DNA of 64,000 nt from Candidatus Caldarchaeum sp. (lineage in GTDB: Archaea > Thermoproteota > Nitrososphaeria_A > Caldarchaeales > Caldarchaeaceae), in NCBI GenBank assembly GCA_038896555.1, contig JAWACZ010000002.1, positions 13,873-77,872 of the forward strand, given 5' to 3'. The position numbers and the translations under genes were made by a program. Below the pieces are notes generated by a model that worked only from the letters and a program-made list of their open reading frames with translations, ran no database searches and had not been told where the DNA came from. Every line of letters starts with the position of its first letter. Positions within the stretch are counted from its first letter, which is position 1. Positions 19,288-29,774 of the stretch are shown here, piece by piece.

Positions 19288-21611
19288 CCTTTCAACCTAT
19301 GCATCGCTTTCAAATCCTTCTCAAATAGTTTGAGCTCCGAAGGAATCTCTAAACTAACCTCATCCTTGAGCGAGAGACCGTGACTCTTTTTGTAAGCCCA
19401 AACCTTGGAGTTGAACTCCATAATCTTCTCGGTGTATCTTGCGAAGTCCCTCCGCCATAGCCGTTTTGGAAAAGTTTCTAAGTGTATGCTTTTCTTGCCG
19501 TAGAGCCTTAGCCAAAGATATTCTGTGATGAATGGTGTTATCGGGGCGAGTAGTAGGAGGATTGTTTTGAAGACTGTGTAAAGAGTGTATGCCGCTGCTT
19601 TCTGCTCGCCGGGGGTGAAGCCTATTCCATAGGCCCGAGGCTTAGACATCTCGATGTAATGTGGTGCAAAGATGTTCCAGACAAATCTTCTCACCTCGTT
19701 TGCGGGTATGAAGAAGTTGAACTCACGGTAACCTTTTAAGCAGACGTCCACGGTTCTGGACAGTTCAGAAAGAATCCACTTGTCAGAAGGTTGTAGAAAA
19801 GCTCTTCTCGGTTTTGTGAGCATGGAAACATATCTCCCAATATTCCAAAGCTTCGACAGAAACTTTCCGGCACCTGCGATCCGAGCTTCGGAGATCCTGA
19901 AGTTTTCACCTAGGCTTGCCTCCTGGGCTGACCAGAACCTGAAACAGTCCGCGCCATACTTCTCCAGGATGGGTATTGGGTCTATGACGTTCCCGCGGCT
20001 TTTGCTCATTTTTTCACCATGTTCGTCGAGACCTAGGCCTCCCAGCCAAACCTTCTTAAAAGGCGGTTTTCCAGTCAGTTGATAGCAGCGTAGCATGGTG
20101 TAGTACAGCCATGTTCTAACGATGTCCTTCCCCTGAGGCCTTATTGTCACAGGGTAAAGGTTCCAAGAGATTTTCCCTGTTTTCCTATCGCTTATTATGA
20201 AAAGCGGGGTGATGCTTGAATCCATCCAGGTGTCGAAGGTTCTATCATCGCCTACAAAATCCTTGGAGCCGCATTTCGGGCAAGCATCTACCGGCGTTTT
20301 CTCAGCCCACGGCCTGTGATATTTGCCGTCATCAGCAACATAAGGTTCGCCACATTTCATACAGTACCAGACAGGTATCTCGGTTGCGTAATATCTACGT
20401 CTTGAGATAGGCCAGTCGATGGTGAGGGAGTTTATCCAGTTGATAAGGAGCTGCCGAGACTCATCCGGTAGAAACTCCGTCTCATACGCTATTTTCTTAA
20501 TTTCTTCGGCGAAATCGAGCTGTTTGAGATAGTACTCATCCATGGGGATTATTTCTATCGGGTTTTTGCTTCTCTCGCACATGGGTGTCATGTGTATGAT
20601 TTCCTCGGATTTCACAAGCATGCCTTCCTCCCCCAGCCTTTCAACAATCCTAGAACGTGCCTCCTCCACCGTGAGGCCGGCTAGAAAACCTGCTTTCTCA
20701 TTCATCCTGCCGTCAAGGCCTATGACTATCTTCTCCTCTAGCTTCAGCTCTCTGAACAACCTGACGTCCATGTAGTCGCCGTAGCTGCAGACCATTACAG
20801 CTCCTGTTCCGAATTCAGGCCTGGCTTCAGGCCGTGGAATGATGGGTGCTTTTTCCCCGTATATGGGTGTTATGACGCTCGCTCCATGTAACCCGGAATA
20901 CCTTCCGTCATCCGGGTTTACGATCACCGCCCTGCAGGAGGCTATTAGCTCGGGCCTCGTAGTGGCTATGATTACGTCGTTCCCGTCTTCAAGACCGAAC
21001 TTTATGTAGTGGAGTTTGGCGGGTAAAGGTTCATGCTCCACCTCTGCGTCAGCTATAGTCGTCCCGCACACATGACAGTAGTTGTTCGGCCGCGTCGCTC
21101 TGTAAATCAAGCCTTTCTTCCAAAGCTTTGCGAAAGTAGCTTGCGTCAACCTCCTGAACTCCGGAGAATCGGTTCTGTACCGGTGTTTGAAGTCACCGCT
21201 CAACCCCATCCTCTTCATTATAGCTATCATTTCATCTTCGAGCTCGTCGAGAGATTTTGCGCAGAGCTCGATGAACTTTTCACGAGGTGTAGAGCGTATG
21301 GATATGCCGTACTTTTTCTCGGTGTACATCTCCACAGGCAACCCATTCCTGTCAATCCCTATCGGGAGCAGCGTCATGTAGCCGCTCATCCTCGCCGTCC
21401 TCGCTATCATGTCTATTTGGCTGTACTGTGCTGCAGCGCCTATATGCCAGGGCCTACCCGACGGATATGGAGGAGGCGTGTCTATGACGAACTTTTTCTT
21501 CCGAGATTTGCTGTTAAACTTGTAAATATCCGTCTCTTCCCAAGTTTTGAATATGTCTTTTTCTAGGCTAGGGTTCCATGATTTCTCCTCGATGAGAGGC
21601 TTAAGCTTCAT
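19284..21611 (-). CDS. valS: Valine--tRNA ligase
   Basis: 'DTPPPYPSG..HIG', 'ATTRPEL', 'GTGAVMV', 'DWPISRRR' and 'KMSKSRGNVIDP'. The HIGH motif reads HIGA (see findings). Confidence 0.8.
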   Translation of the reverse strand: MKLKPLIEEKSWNPSLEKDIFKTWEETDIYKFNSKSRKKKFVIDTPPPYPSGRPWHIGAAAQYSQIDMIARTARMSGYMTLLPIGIDRNGLPVEMYTEKKYGISIRSTPREKFIELCAKSLDELEDEMIAIMKRMGLSGDFKHRYRTDSPEFRRLTQATFAKLWKKGLIYRATRPNNYCHVCGTTIADAEVEHEPLPAKLHYIKFGLEDGNDVIIATTRPELIASCRAVIVNPDDGRYSGLHGASVITPIYGEKAPIIPRPEARPEFGTGAVMVCSYGDYMDVRLFRELKLEEKIVIGLDGRMNEKAGFLAGLTVEEARSRIVERLGEEGMLVKSEEIIHMTPMCERSKNPIEIIPMDEYYLKQLDFAEEIKKIAYETEFLPDESRQLLINWINSLTIDWPISRRRYYATEIPVWYCMKCGEPYVADDGKYHRPWAEKTPVDACPKCGSKDFVGDDRTFDTWMDSSITPLFIISDRKTGKISWNLYPVTIRPQGKDIVRTWLYYTMLRCYQLTGKPPFKKVWLGGLGLDEHGEKMSKSRGNVIDPIPILEKYGADCFRFWSAQEASLGENFRISEARIAGAGKFLSKLWNIGRYVSMLTKPRRAFLQPSDKWILSELSRTVDVCLKGYREFNFFIPANEVRRFVWNIFAPHYIEMSKPRAYGIGFTPGEQKAAAYTLYTVFKTILLLLAPITPFITEYLWLRLYGKKSIHLETFPKRLWRRDFARYTEKIMEFNSKVWAYKKSHGLSLKDEVSLEIPSELKLFEKDLKAMHRLKG

Positions 21612-21645
21612 CCTTTTTGAACGGTTTAGACGAACAATTTAAGAT

Positions 21646-21951
21646 TTAGACGAACCCGAGAATAGCCTTGGCTTCTTCGCTCATTCTGTCAGGAGTCCAA
21701 GGCGGGTCGAACACTATTTCAACGTCAACTTTCTCAACCCCTTCTACGAGCGTCATGACAGCCTCCCTCACCTGCTCAGCTACAAACGCTCCCACGGGAC
21801 AGCCGGGCGCCGTCAAAGTCATCTTTACATAGACAGTTTTGTCGTCAACTATCTTGACGTCATATACTAGCCCAAGGTCGACGATATTGACTGGAATCTC
21901 AGGGTCGTAGCAGTTTTTCAACGCCTCCATCACTTGCTCGACTGACAGCAT
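21646..21951 (-). CDS. DUF59 / MIP18-family Fe-S cluster assembly protein (SufT-like)
   Basis: 'CYDPEIPVNIVDLGLVY...LTAPGCP' signature. Confidence 0.85.
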   Translation of the reverse strand: MLSVEQVMEALKNCYDPEIPVNIVDLGLVYDVKIVDDKTVYVKMTLTAPGCPVGAFVAEQVREAVMTLVEGVEKVDVEIVFDPPWTPDRMSEEAKAILGFV

Positions 21952-22048
21952 GTAGCAGACAACGGATTCCGTAAATATAAGTATGCAGCAAGCTAACGTA
22001 AAGCATAGGTTAAACTATTATAGCTAGGCGAACACCAAAGTCTGCGGG

Positions 22049-22555
22049 TTGAGAGCCTGCATCCTTGCCGGTCCTGAGTTTGAAGACTTGGAGCTGTACT
22101 ATCCGCTGATTAGGTTGAGGGAAGAGGGATACGAGGTCAATGTGGTAGGGCCTGAAAAGACCGTTTACACAGGCAAGCACGGCATAAACGTTGAAGCTGA
22201 AAAGTCAATCGATGAAGTGAAGCCCGATGACTTCGACGTTCTTGTCATACCCGGTGGCTGGGCGCCTGACCGGCTGCGTAGAAACAGAAAAGTTGTCGAC
22301 TTTGTCGCGAAGTTTTTCAATACAGGTAAAACTGTTGCAGCAATATGCCACGGTCCTCAGCTTCTCATATCTGCTAAAACACTCAAAGGCTATACGGCTA
22401 CATGTGCAGCCGCGATAAAAGACGATGTTGAAAACGCTGGAGCAAAATACGTCGACAAAACTGTCGTAGTCGACCGAAACCTGATAACGTCCAGAGGCCT
22501 CTCAGACCTGCATCTTTTCGTAAAAGCAATCATAAAGCCCGGTGAATTCCGGTGA
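22049..22555 (+). CDS. pfpI: DJ-1/PfpI family intracellular protease/deglycase
   Basis: 'VLVIPGGWAPD' and the nucleophile elbow 'AAICHGPQLLISA'. Confidence 0.85.
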   Translation: MRACILAGPEFEDLELYYPLIRLREEGYEVNVVGPEKTVYTGKHGINVEAEKSIDEVKPDDFDVLVIPGGWAPDRLRRNRKVVDFVAKFFNTGKTVAAICHGPQLLISAKTLKGYTATCAAAIKDDVENAGAKYVDKTVVVDRNLITSRGLSDLHLFVKAIIKPGEFR

Positions 22556-22650
22556 AAGTTTTCACGGTTGAAGAACATTATGATCTCGGCGTTCTGGTGA
22601 CCTTCAAGCCCAACAGAAACACACCTCGTCATAGATGGTTTTTTCTTTAA
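22552..22650 (+). pseudogene. N-terminal fragment of the downstream methyltransferase, separated from it by a +1 frameshift in a T6 run
   Basis: The GTG overlaps the pfpI stop (gGTGA). It reads VKVFTVEEHYDLGVLVTFKPNRNTPRHRWFFL*. Removing one T from 22639-22644 joins it to ...FFKEGFSHTFVKLIVSQLKLSEKNIVLDPFVGVGTT. Confidence 0.6.
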
Positions 22651-22720
22651 AGAAGGTTTTTCGCACACATTCGTCAAACTAATTGTTTCCCAGCTTAAGC
22701 TTTCAGAGAAAAACATTGTC

Positions 22721-23689
22721 TTGGATCCTTTCGTGGGGGTTGGAACAACATGCCTGGCCTGCCGTGAGGTTGGAATTCCTTCTGTGGGGGTGGAGGTTTC
22801 CCCCCTCTTCCAATTCATAGCAGACGTAAAAATCCAAGACTACAACATAGCCCTGCTCAGGAGTCTAAGGGACAGGATACTTGGTGAAAGGTTTCAGCCG
22901 CAGAAATATGTCGTGCAGCCTTTTCTCAAAAAACTTTTCCCAAAACCCGTTCTCGAAGACATTTTTTTCTTCAAGAAAGTGCTGCAGACGGTGGGGGACG
23001 AAAAATACCGAAGGTTTTTCACTCTAGCCTTAATCACCGCCGCTGAAAAATCATCCTACATTTATAGGGATGGTGCTGTCGTCAAAGCGGTGAGGGACAA
23101 GCCTAGAATACCGTCGTTGAGAAAGGCCTTGAGAAGGGTGTGCAACATGATGATAAAAGACGTAGAGGCTATGCCTCTGAAAAATGTAACAGCGGAGGTC
23201 AGGTTAGGGGATGCCAGAGATTTAAGTTTCTTAGAGGATGAGACGATTGACGCGGTAATCACTTCACCACCCTATCTTAACAAAATCGAGTATACCAAGT
23301 GCTACTGGCCGGAGTACGAGCTTTTCTTTTCGGGGGAAGGCCATCCATCCATGCGTTCCTATATAGGGGTCAGGCCTAGAGAAGTCAACTATTCAGAATA
23401 TTCCGAAGACCTTCCTCCAGCGGCCTTTCTTTATTTCGAGGACATGGAGAGGGCGTTGGCTGAGATCAACAGGGTTCTTAAACCGGGGGGAAAAGGTGTG
23501 ATAGTCGTCGGGGGAGGAGTTTTTCCTGACAAAGTTGTGGAAACAGATGTTGAGACAGCCAAAATCGCTGAGGAAGTCGGGTTGACCGTAGACAGAATAG
23601 TGGCTGTTAATAAAAGGGCTGCCACAGCCAGAAGAATAGTGAAAATAGGTGAGACCCGTGAAAGCATCATTTACTTCAGCAAACGGTAG
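22721..23689 (+). CDS. SAM-dependent (probably DNA N6/N4) methyltransferase; main body of a frameshifted gene
   Basis: Motif I 'LDPFVGVGTT' and motif IV 'VITSPPYLNKIEY'. The frame is open upstream to 22601. Confidence 0.7.
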   Translation: MDPFVGVGTTCLACREVGIPSVGVEVSPLFQFIADVKIQDYNIALLRSLRDRILGERFQPQKYVVQPFLKKLFPKPVLEDIFFFKKVLQTVGDEKYRRFFTLALITAAEKSSYIYRDGAVVKAVRDKPRIPSLRKALRRVCNMMIKDVEAMPLKNVTAEVRLGDARDLSFLEDETIDAVITSPPYLNKIEYTKCYWPEYELFFSGEGHPSMRSYIGVRPREVNYSEYSEDLPPAAFLYFEDMERALAEINRVLKPGGKGVIVVGGGVFPDKVVETDVETAKIAEEVGLTVDRIVAVNKRAATARRIVKIGETRESIIYFSKR

Positions 23690-24842
23690 CAGCCTCGTGG
23701 TGCTCGCCCATTTCTACAAAGTATTTTCTACCTCGCCAGCTAACCGTGGGTCTTGTCCTAGACTTGTAGAATGCGACTAACAAGGCCGCCGCTACGGCGG
23801 CTACACCCAGCGGCCAGAGCAAACCATAGAAGACAGATGCCGCATGATGTTTTGCTTCATGGCCGAGAGCCAGAGCAGCCGCTGCATAGCTGATAAACCC
23901 AGCCAAATAGTTTCCCAGCAGGAAAACGGTCAACGGAATCGTAAAGCATGCTGCGGCCAGAGAAAAGTAGGCCAGAAACTGTTTGAAACCTGCTTTAAGG
24001 CTCAAAGGTATGAAAAGCCTTAACATGCCGTTCCATAACGATTTGGAGTCATCGTTCCATGAAGATGTAAGCTTTTCAGTAGCGTCGATAATAAATGGAC
24101 GTAGCCCGGCTTTTAGAACTTTAACCGCTATCGCCCGGTCTTCTAGGACAGCGTTTCTGACCGCTGAATGCCCTCCAATCTTCTGGTAACCCTGTCTTCT
24201 TATGAGTATGAAGCTGCCGAAAGCGAAGGCCGACATCCCTTTTGAAAAACCATGCGGCCTACCTAGAAAGTACAACCCGGTCAGAAGTATGGGCATCGCC
24301 GTCTTGTGGAGAAGGCTGCTGAACCTGAAACGTGGATAAAGCGTGAGCACGTCGACGCTCAAGCTTTTCGCAGCATTTAAGGCCCGAGCCACCACATCAT
24401 CGGAAAACTCTGTATCCGCATCGGTGAAAAGAAGCCATTCACCAGTTGAGTTTTCATACCCGATGTTGCAGGCCCATGTTTTTCCAACCCATCCAGCAGG
24501 TGTTTCACCAACTCTAACCAGTTTGACATCCTCAGCCATGAATGATTTAGCCACCTCCCATGTCGAGTCCGTCGAATTGTCGTCAACAACTATAACCTCT
24601 TTTGAAAAACCCTTCTGGGACAACAGGGATTCAATACATTTTTTGATCGTCTTCTCCTCGTTTCTGACAGGCACGATTACAGAAACTTTGTCTTCTACAG
24701 GCTCAGCTGGATAGCGGCAGATTTTTTCAACCACACGAAATATCCTAAGCTTTGCCAAGAATATAGCTGTCCATACGATGACAAACAACGAGGCTAGCGT
24801 TGTGGTGAAGACTTGGAAGAACTCCGTCATCACTTTGTTCAC
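23676..24842 (-). CDS. Family 2 glycosyltransferase with membrane-spanning C-terminal part
   Basis: 'VSVIVPVRNEE', 'VVDDNSTDST', 'FTDADT', and N- and C-terminal hydrophobic helices. Confidence 0.8.
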   Translation of the reverse strand: MNKVMTEFFQVFTTTLASLFVIVWTAIFLAKLRIFRVVEKICRYPAEPVEDKVSVIVPVRNEEKTIKKCIESLLSQKGFSKEVIVVDDNSTDSTWEVAKSFMAEDVKLVRVGETPAGWVGKTWACNIGYENSTGEWLLFTDADTEFSDDVVARALNAAKSLSVDVLTLYPRFRFSSLLHKTAMPILLTGLYFLGRPHGFSKGMSAFAFGSFILIRRQGYQKIGGHSAVRNAVLEDRAIAVKVLKAGLRPFIIDATEKLTSSWNDDSKSLWNGMLRLFIPLSLKAGFKQFLAYFSLAAACFTIPLTVFLLGNYLAGFISYAAAALALGHEAKHHAASVFYGLLWPLGVAAVAAALLVAFYKSRTRPTVSWRGRKYFVEMGEHHEAATVC

Positions 24843-24881
24843 CGTTAAACGTTTTATACAACTCTTACGCTAATATAACCG

Positions 24882-25460
24882 ATGTCAGACGAATGGTGGT
24901 TCAGCAGAAGGAGAAGAAGGCCAACAAGCTTCTTTGAAGAGTTCGAGTCTATGATTGAGGAAATGCAGAGGGAGTTTATGGAGGAGCTGAGAAGGATGAT
25001 GGACTACATACCGAGAGAGCTGGTGAGAGAGACCCGAACACCAACAGGTGTGAGAAGACAGTACGGGCCTTTTGTGTATGGTTACTCCATCACGATAGGC
25101 CCCGACGGAAAACCTGTCTTCAGACAGTTCGGAAACATACTGCCTTCTGCCCTGCCCAAAGGAGTTGAGGTCAAGGCGGAGAGAGAGCCATTGGTAGACA
25201 TTATAGACGAAGATAAGTCGGTGAAGGTTGTTGCGGAGTTGCCTGGAGTTAGGAAGGAGGATATCGAGCTGTTGCTTGAGGGTAGGAGGCTTACGATAAG
25301 GGTTGACACAGCTGAAAGAAAATACTACAAGGAGTTGGAGCTGCCTGCTGAGGTTGAGAGCACGGGGATTAAGGCCGAATACAACAACGGAGTTCTCAGC
25401 GTTACCCTGCCTAAGAAGGAAACCACCAAACATAAGGGTGAGAGAATCAAAGTGGAGTGA
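24882..25460 (+). CDS. Hsp20/alpha-crystallin small heat-shock protein
   Basis: 'VVAELPGVRKEDIELLLEGRRLTIRV' and 'AEYNNGVLSVTLPKK'. Confidence 0.85.
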   Translation: MSDEWWFSRRRRRPTSFFEEFESMIEEMQREFMEELRRMMDYIPRELVRETRTPTGVRRQYGPFVYGYSITIGPDGKPVFRQFGNILPSALPKGVEVKAEREPLVDIIDEDKSVKVVAELPGVRKEDIELLLEGRRLTIRVDTAERKYYKELELPAEVESTGIKAEYNNGVLSVTLPKKETTKHKGERIKVE

Positions 25461-25474
25461 TAAAACTAAAATTG

Positions 25475-25484
25475 TTTGTTTTTT
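25475..25484 (+). terminator. T-rich run downstream of the Hsp20 gene (candidate archaeal terminator)
   Basis: 'tttgtttttt' lies 15 nt after the stop codon. Confidence 0.3.
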
Positions 25485-25525
25485 AAACACAGTTAAATAA
25501 AGCAACGATTCCCATAGGTCAAGAA

Positions 25526-27481
25526 ATGGCTAACACAAAAATTTCCTGGATGATAGGAGGCGCTCAGGGCACCGGTGTGGACTCGTCAGCGAACGTTTTC
25601 GCCCGAGCAGCAGCTATTTACGGCCTGTATGTTTTCGGAAAAAGAGAATATTACTCAAACATAAAGGGAGAGCACAGCTATTTTTCCGTTGTCATCTCCG
25701 ACAAACCGGTTCGGTCTCACATGGATGAGGTTCATCTTCTCGCCACATTCGACTCTGAAACCATCATAAGGCATGCATGGGAGGTGGTTGGAGGAGGCGG
25801 TATAATCTATGATTCGATGGCCGTCAACGAGAAAATAACTTCAATCCCCACTTTGGAGAAAAACGTTCTCGAGAGGATTCAGGCCAGACTTTCAAGGGAA
25901 CAGCTGGGTGAAACGGTTGGAGATGTTTTGGAGGTGGCGCGTCGGAACGGCGTAAGATTGTATCCCATACCATACATGGATCTTCTTAAGAGGGTTGGCG
26001 AGCTTACGGGTGAGAAACAGCTCAGTGCTCTCGCAAGAATGACCAACACAATAGCCGTTGGGGTTTCCCTCCACCTGCTTAACATACCGTTAAACCATCT
26101 CGAGACGGCGCTGGCGCAGGTTTTCAAAGCTAAGGCGAAAGTTGTGAAGTCCAATCTTACCGCCGCCGAGGTAGCGACGGAATTCGCTCAGAAAACATTT
26201 CCGCCGGACTTCCCCTACCGTGTCCAACCACTGCAGAAACAACCAAGGCTGTTTATCTCCGGAACCTCCGCCGTCGCCCTTGGAAAAATTGTGGCTGGAT
26301 GTAGATTCCAGACATACTATCCCATCACGCCGGCGGCCGATGAAAGCGTTTACCTCGAGGACCATCAAGTTTTCAGCCTCAGAGACGCGCTTCCACACCT
26401 CGAGGAGGCTGAGGTTCTTAACGGACATGGTTCAATTGTGGTGGTCCAGAGCGAGGACGAAATAGCTGCTGTAAACATGATATCGGGAGCGGCCTTGGCT
26501 GGTGTTCGAGCTTCCACCGCAACTTCAGGGCCAGGGTTCGACCTCATGGTTGAGGGTGTTGGATGGGCAGGGATGAATGAAGTGCCTATAGTCATCACCC
26601 TCTACCAGAGAGGCGGGCCGAGCACAGGTCTCCCGACCAGACATGAGCAGGGAGAGCTACTCTTCTCGATCTTCGGCGGACACGGAGAGTTTCCCAGAAT
26701 AGTCTTGGCCTCAGGGGACATAGAGGAAGCTTTCTACGATGTGGCAAAGGCGTTCAACTACGCCGAAAGATATCAAACACCTGTAATCCACATCCTTGAC
26801 AAGGCTCTGGCGAACAGCACTATGACAGTCGACGTGTTTGACACCAGTAAAGTCCTGATAGACCGTGGGAAGACACTTAACTCCTGGGACAGTTCCCTCG
26901 GTGTCTACAAACGTTTCAAATTTACGGAGGACGGCATATCACCACGCACTGTTTTAGGTACTGAGAACGGAATTTTCTGGAACACAGGCGACGAGCACGA
27001 TGAGTTCGGCCACATAAGCGAAGAACCTTCGACCAGGGATAGAATGATGGAGAAGAGGATGAGGAAGCTTGAGATAGCTGATGCGGAAATCCCAGACAGC
27101 GAGAGAGTTGTCATATACGGAGACCACGACGCTCCCTACCTAATAATAAGCTGGGGGTCCACCAAGGGAGCTATACTGGATGCTTTAGAGTATCTTCGGA
27201 CGGAGGGGCTGAGGTTCGCCTTCACCCAGATAAAAGTTCTAAACCCGTTTCCCACAAGGTTCATGCAAAACCTGATCCCCACCTACAGAAAAGTCATCTG
27301 CGTCGAGCAGAACTACACGGGACAGCTGGCCACGTTACTGAGAGCCCGAACAGGATATCCAGTAGACCACCTAATATGCAAGTACAACGGTAGGCCTTTC
27401 TCTTTCTCGGAGATGAGAGACGGGCTGAAGGAAGCAGTGATTCGCGGCAGCCCTAGGATAGTTAAGAGGAGCGGGGGGTGA
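25526..27481 (+). CDS. 2-oxoacid:ferredoxin oxidoreductase, alpha subunit (fused gamma-alpha type)
   Basis: 651 aa with the 'QTYYPITPAADES' motif. The beta subunit follows 6 nt downstream. Confidence 0.85.
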   Translation: MANTKISWMIGGAQGTGVDSSANVFARAAAIYGLYVFGKREYYSNIKGEHSYFSVVISDKPVRSHMDEVHLLATFDSETIIRHAWEVVGGGGIIYDSMAVNEKITSIPTLEKNVLERIQARLSREQLGETVGDVLEVARRNGVRLYPIPYMDLLKRVGELTGEKQLSALARMTNTIAVGVSLHLLNIPLNHLETALAQVFKAKAKVVKSNLTAAEVATEFAQKTFPPDFPYRVQPLQKQPRLFISGTSAVALGKIVAGCRFQTYYPITPAADESVYLEDHQVFSLRDALPHLEEAEVLNGHGSIVVVQSEDEIAAVNMISGAALAGVRASTATSGPGFDLMVEGVGWAGMNEVPIVITLYQRGGPSTGLPTRHEQGELLFSIFGGHGEFPRIVLASGDIEEAFYDVAKAFNYAERYQTPVIHILDKALANSTMTVDVFDTSKVLIDRGKTLNSWDSSLGVYKRFKFTEDGISPRTVLGTENGIFWNTGDEHDEFGHISEEPSTRDRMMEKRMRKLEIADAEIPDSERVVIYGDHDAPYLIISWGSTKGAILDALEYLRTEGLRFAFTQIKVLNPFPTRFMQNLIPTYRKVICVEQNYTGQLATLLRARTGYPVDHLICKYNGRPFSFSEMRDGLKEAVIRGSPRIVKRSGG

Positions 27482-28456
<975 letters not shown>

Positions 28457-28510
28457 GTATCATACCAATATTTTTCAAACATAAATAAAGGCTTATGCTA
28501 GGATTAAGCA

Positions 28511-28891
28511 ATGAGCCAGCAGGAGGTTCACATAGTGTTGGTCAGCGACGAGCCCTCGCGTGTCTATCCAGCATTCCAGCTCGCGATAGGTGTCGCATCC
28601 ATAGGTCTGAAAGCACAGATATACTGTACCCAGAAGGCCTTGAACATCCTCCGAAAGGGAAAGGCAGTTAACATACAGCTGCCGGGTTATCCGCCGTTTG
28701 ACAAAGTTTTGCGAGACGCCGTCAACATTGGCGTCAAGGTTTTTGCATGCGCTGTGTCAAGAGACGTGCTTACGAAAGAAGGCATAACGGAGGAAACTGT
28801 TGAGGAAGGCGTAGGCTTGGAAGATCTAGGCTTGTTCTTAAAACAGGCCCTGCCCGCGGCGAAAAACGGGGGAATAGTATCATTCATTTAG
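28511..28891 (+). CDS. DsrE/DsrF-like sulfur-relay family protein
   Basis: 126-aa Rossmann-like protein. 'VHIVLVSDEP...AFQLA' and 'VFACAVS' Cys are typical of DsrE-like proteins. A TusA-like gene follows immediately. Confidence 0.6.
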   Translation: MSQQEVHIVLVSDEPSRVYPAFQLAIGVASIGLKAQIYCTQKALNILRKGKAVNIQLPGYPPFDKVLRDAVNIGVKVFACAVSRDVLTKEGITEETVEEGVGLEDLGLFLKQALPAAKNGGIVSFI

Positions 28892-29185
28892 GTGGAGGGA
28901 TTGCGTGTCGAAATCATGCGCACCCAGAACTCGCGCTGGCTTCTCGAGACACAGCCATCTGTCGCTCTGGATACACGGGGTCAGATATGCCCTTACCCTA
29001 TGGTTGAGACGAGAAAGCTCTCGGAGAAGATGGGGCAGGATGATGTTGCGGAGATAATAACAGACGTTGAATCTACAGCCAAGAATTCCATACCTCTCGT
29101 CTGCGAATCGCTAGGGCTCGACTACGTCGTTATCAGAGATAATGAGTTCTGGCGTGTGAAAATCTCTAAAAAAGGTTTGGCATAG
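28892..29185 (+). CDS. tusA: TusA/SirA-like sulfurtransferase
   Basis: 'LDTRGQICPYPMVETRK' (CPxP active-site motif). The start may be the ATG at 28916. Confidence 0.75.
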   Translation: MEGLRVEIMRTQNSRWLLETQPSVALDTRGQICPYPMVETRKLSEKMGQDDVAEIITDVESTAKNSIPLVCESLGLDYVVIRDNEFWRVKISKKGLA

Positions 29186-29240
29186 ACCTTTCATCCATCG
29201 CATATATATGCTGAGAACAGGCATCCTATACTGAGAAGTC

Positions 29241-29732
29241 ATGAAAAGAATGGTCGCTGCAACGGTTTTGCTGGCGTCCCTGGCGACGTTGGTGGCTGGG
29301 TTAGCAGCTGTCAACGCTTTGGCGGCGTCCCACGCTGTGGGCCCATCTCATCGATGGGGCTGGGGAAGGGGAGGCGGTGGTTTTTGGCATAACTACACCC
29401 AAGTGACAATTTCTGAGGATGCAGTGGAGGGCGTCGTAGTTGATGCTGACTGGGGTTACTTGGTTGTCAATACAAACAACGGAGAGGTAAGGCTGGCTGC
29501 GCCGCATCTCTGGACGGTGCAAGGACAGAGAAAGACTTGGTTCAAGCTTTTCGCCGACGACAGCCTAAACATAGGCGACAGAGTTAGAGCCACTGTTCTC
29601 AGCATAACGGTGACTAAGCCAAGCGGAGTCACCACCACAGCACGCATACTCAAAAGCATATCAGACCTGTCAACGGGGGTCGAGGCATCAGCCATTCTTC
29701 CACAGAATCTGCCCTCCACTTCCACAGCCTAA
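29241..29732 (+). CDS. Secreted protein, unknown function
   Basis: Signal-like 'MVAATVLLASLATLVAGLAAVNALA', then a beta-rich domain. Confidence 0.5.
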   Translation: MKRMVAATVLLASLATLVAGLAAVNALAASHAVGPSHRWGWGRGGGGFWHNYTQVTISEDAVEGVVVDADWGYLVVNTNNGEVRLAAPHLWTVQGQRKTWFKLFADDSLNIGDRVRATVLSITVTKPSGVTTTARILKSISDLSTGVEASAILPQNLPSTSTA

Positions 29733-29774
29733 AACCCACAACTTTTTATTTTCTTCGCAGTCCACAATCATGGG

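Noticed and set aside
24885-25505. A 206-aa ORF antisense to the Hsp20 gene. Similar long antisense ORFs occur at 21033-21566, 22390-22818, 34574-35152, 44775-45308, 45812-46327, 42343-42822 and 49584-50093.
   Set aside because: Each lies entirely opposite a gene with strong family motifs. The translations are low-complexity (Ser/Leu/Arg/Pro-rich) and have no recognisable motifs. These are typical shadow ORFs.
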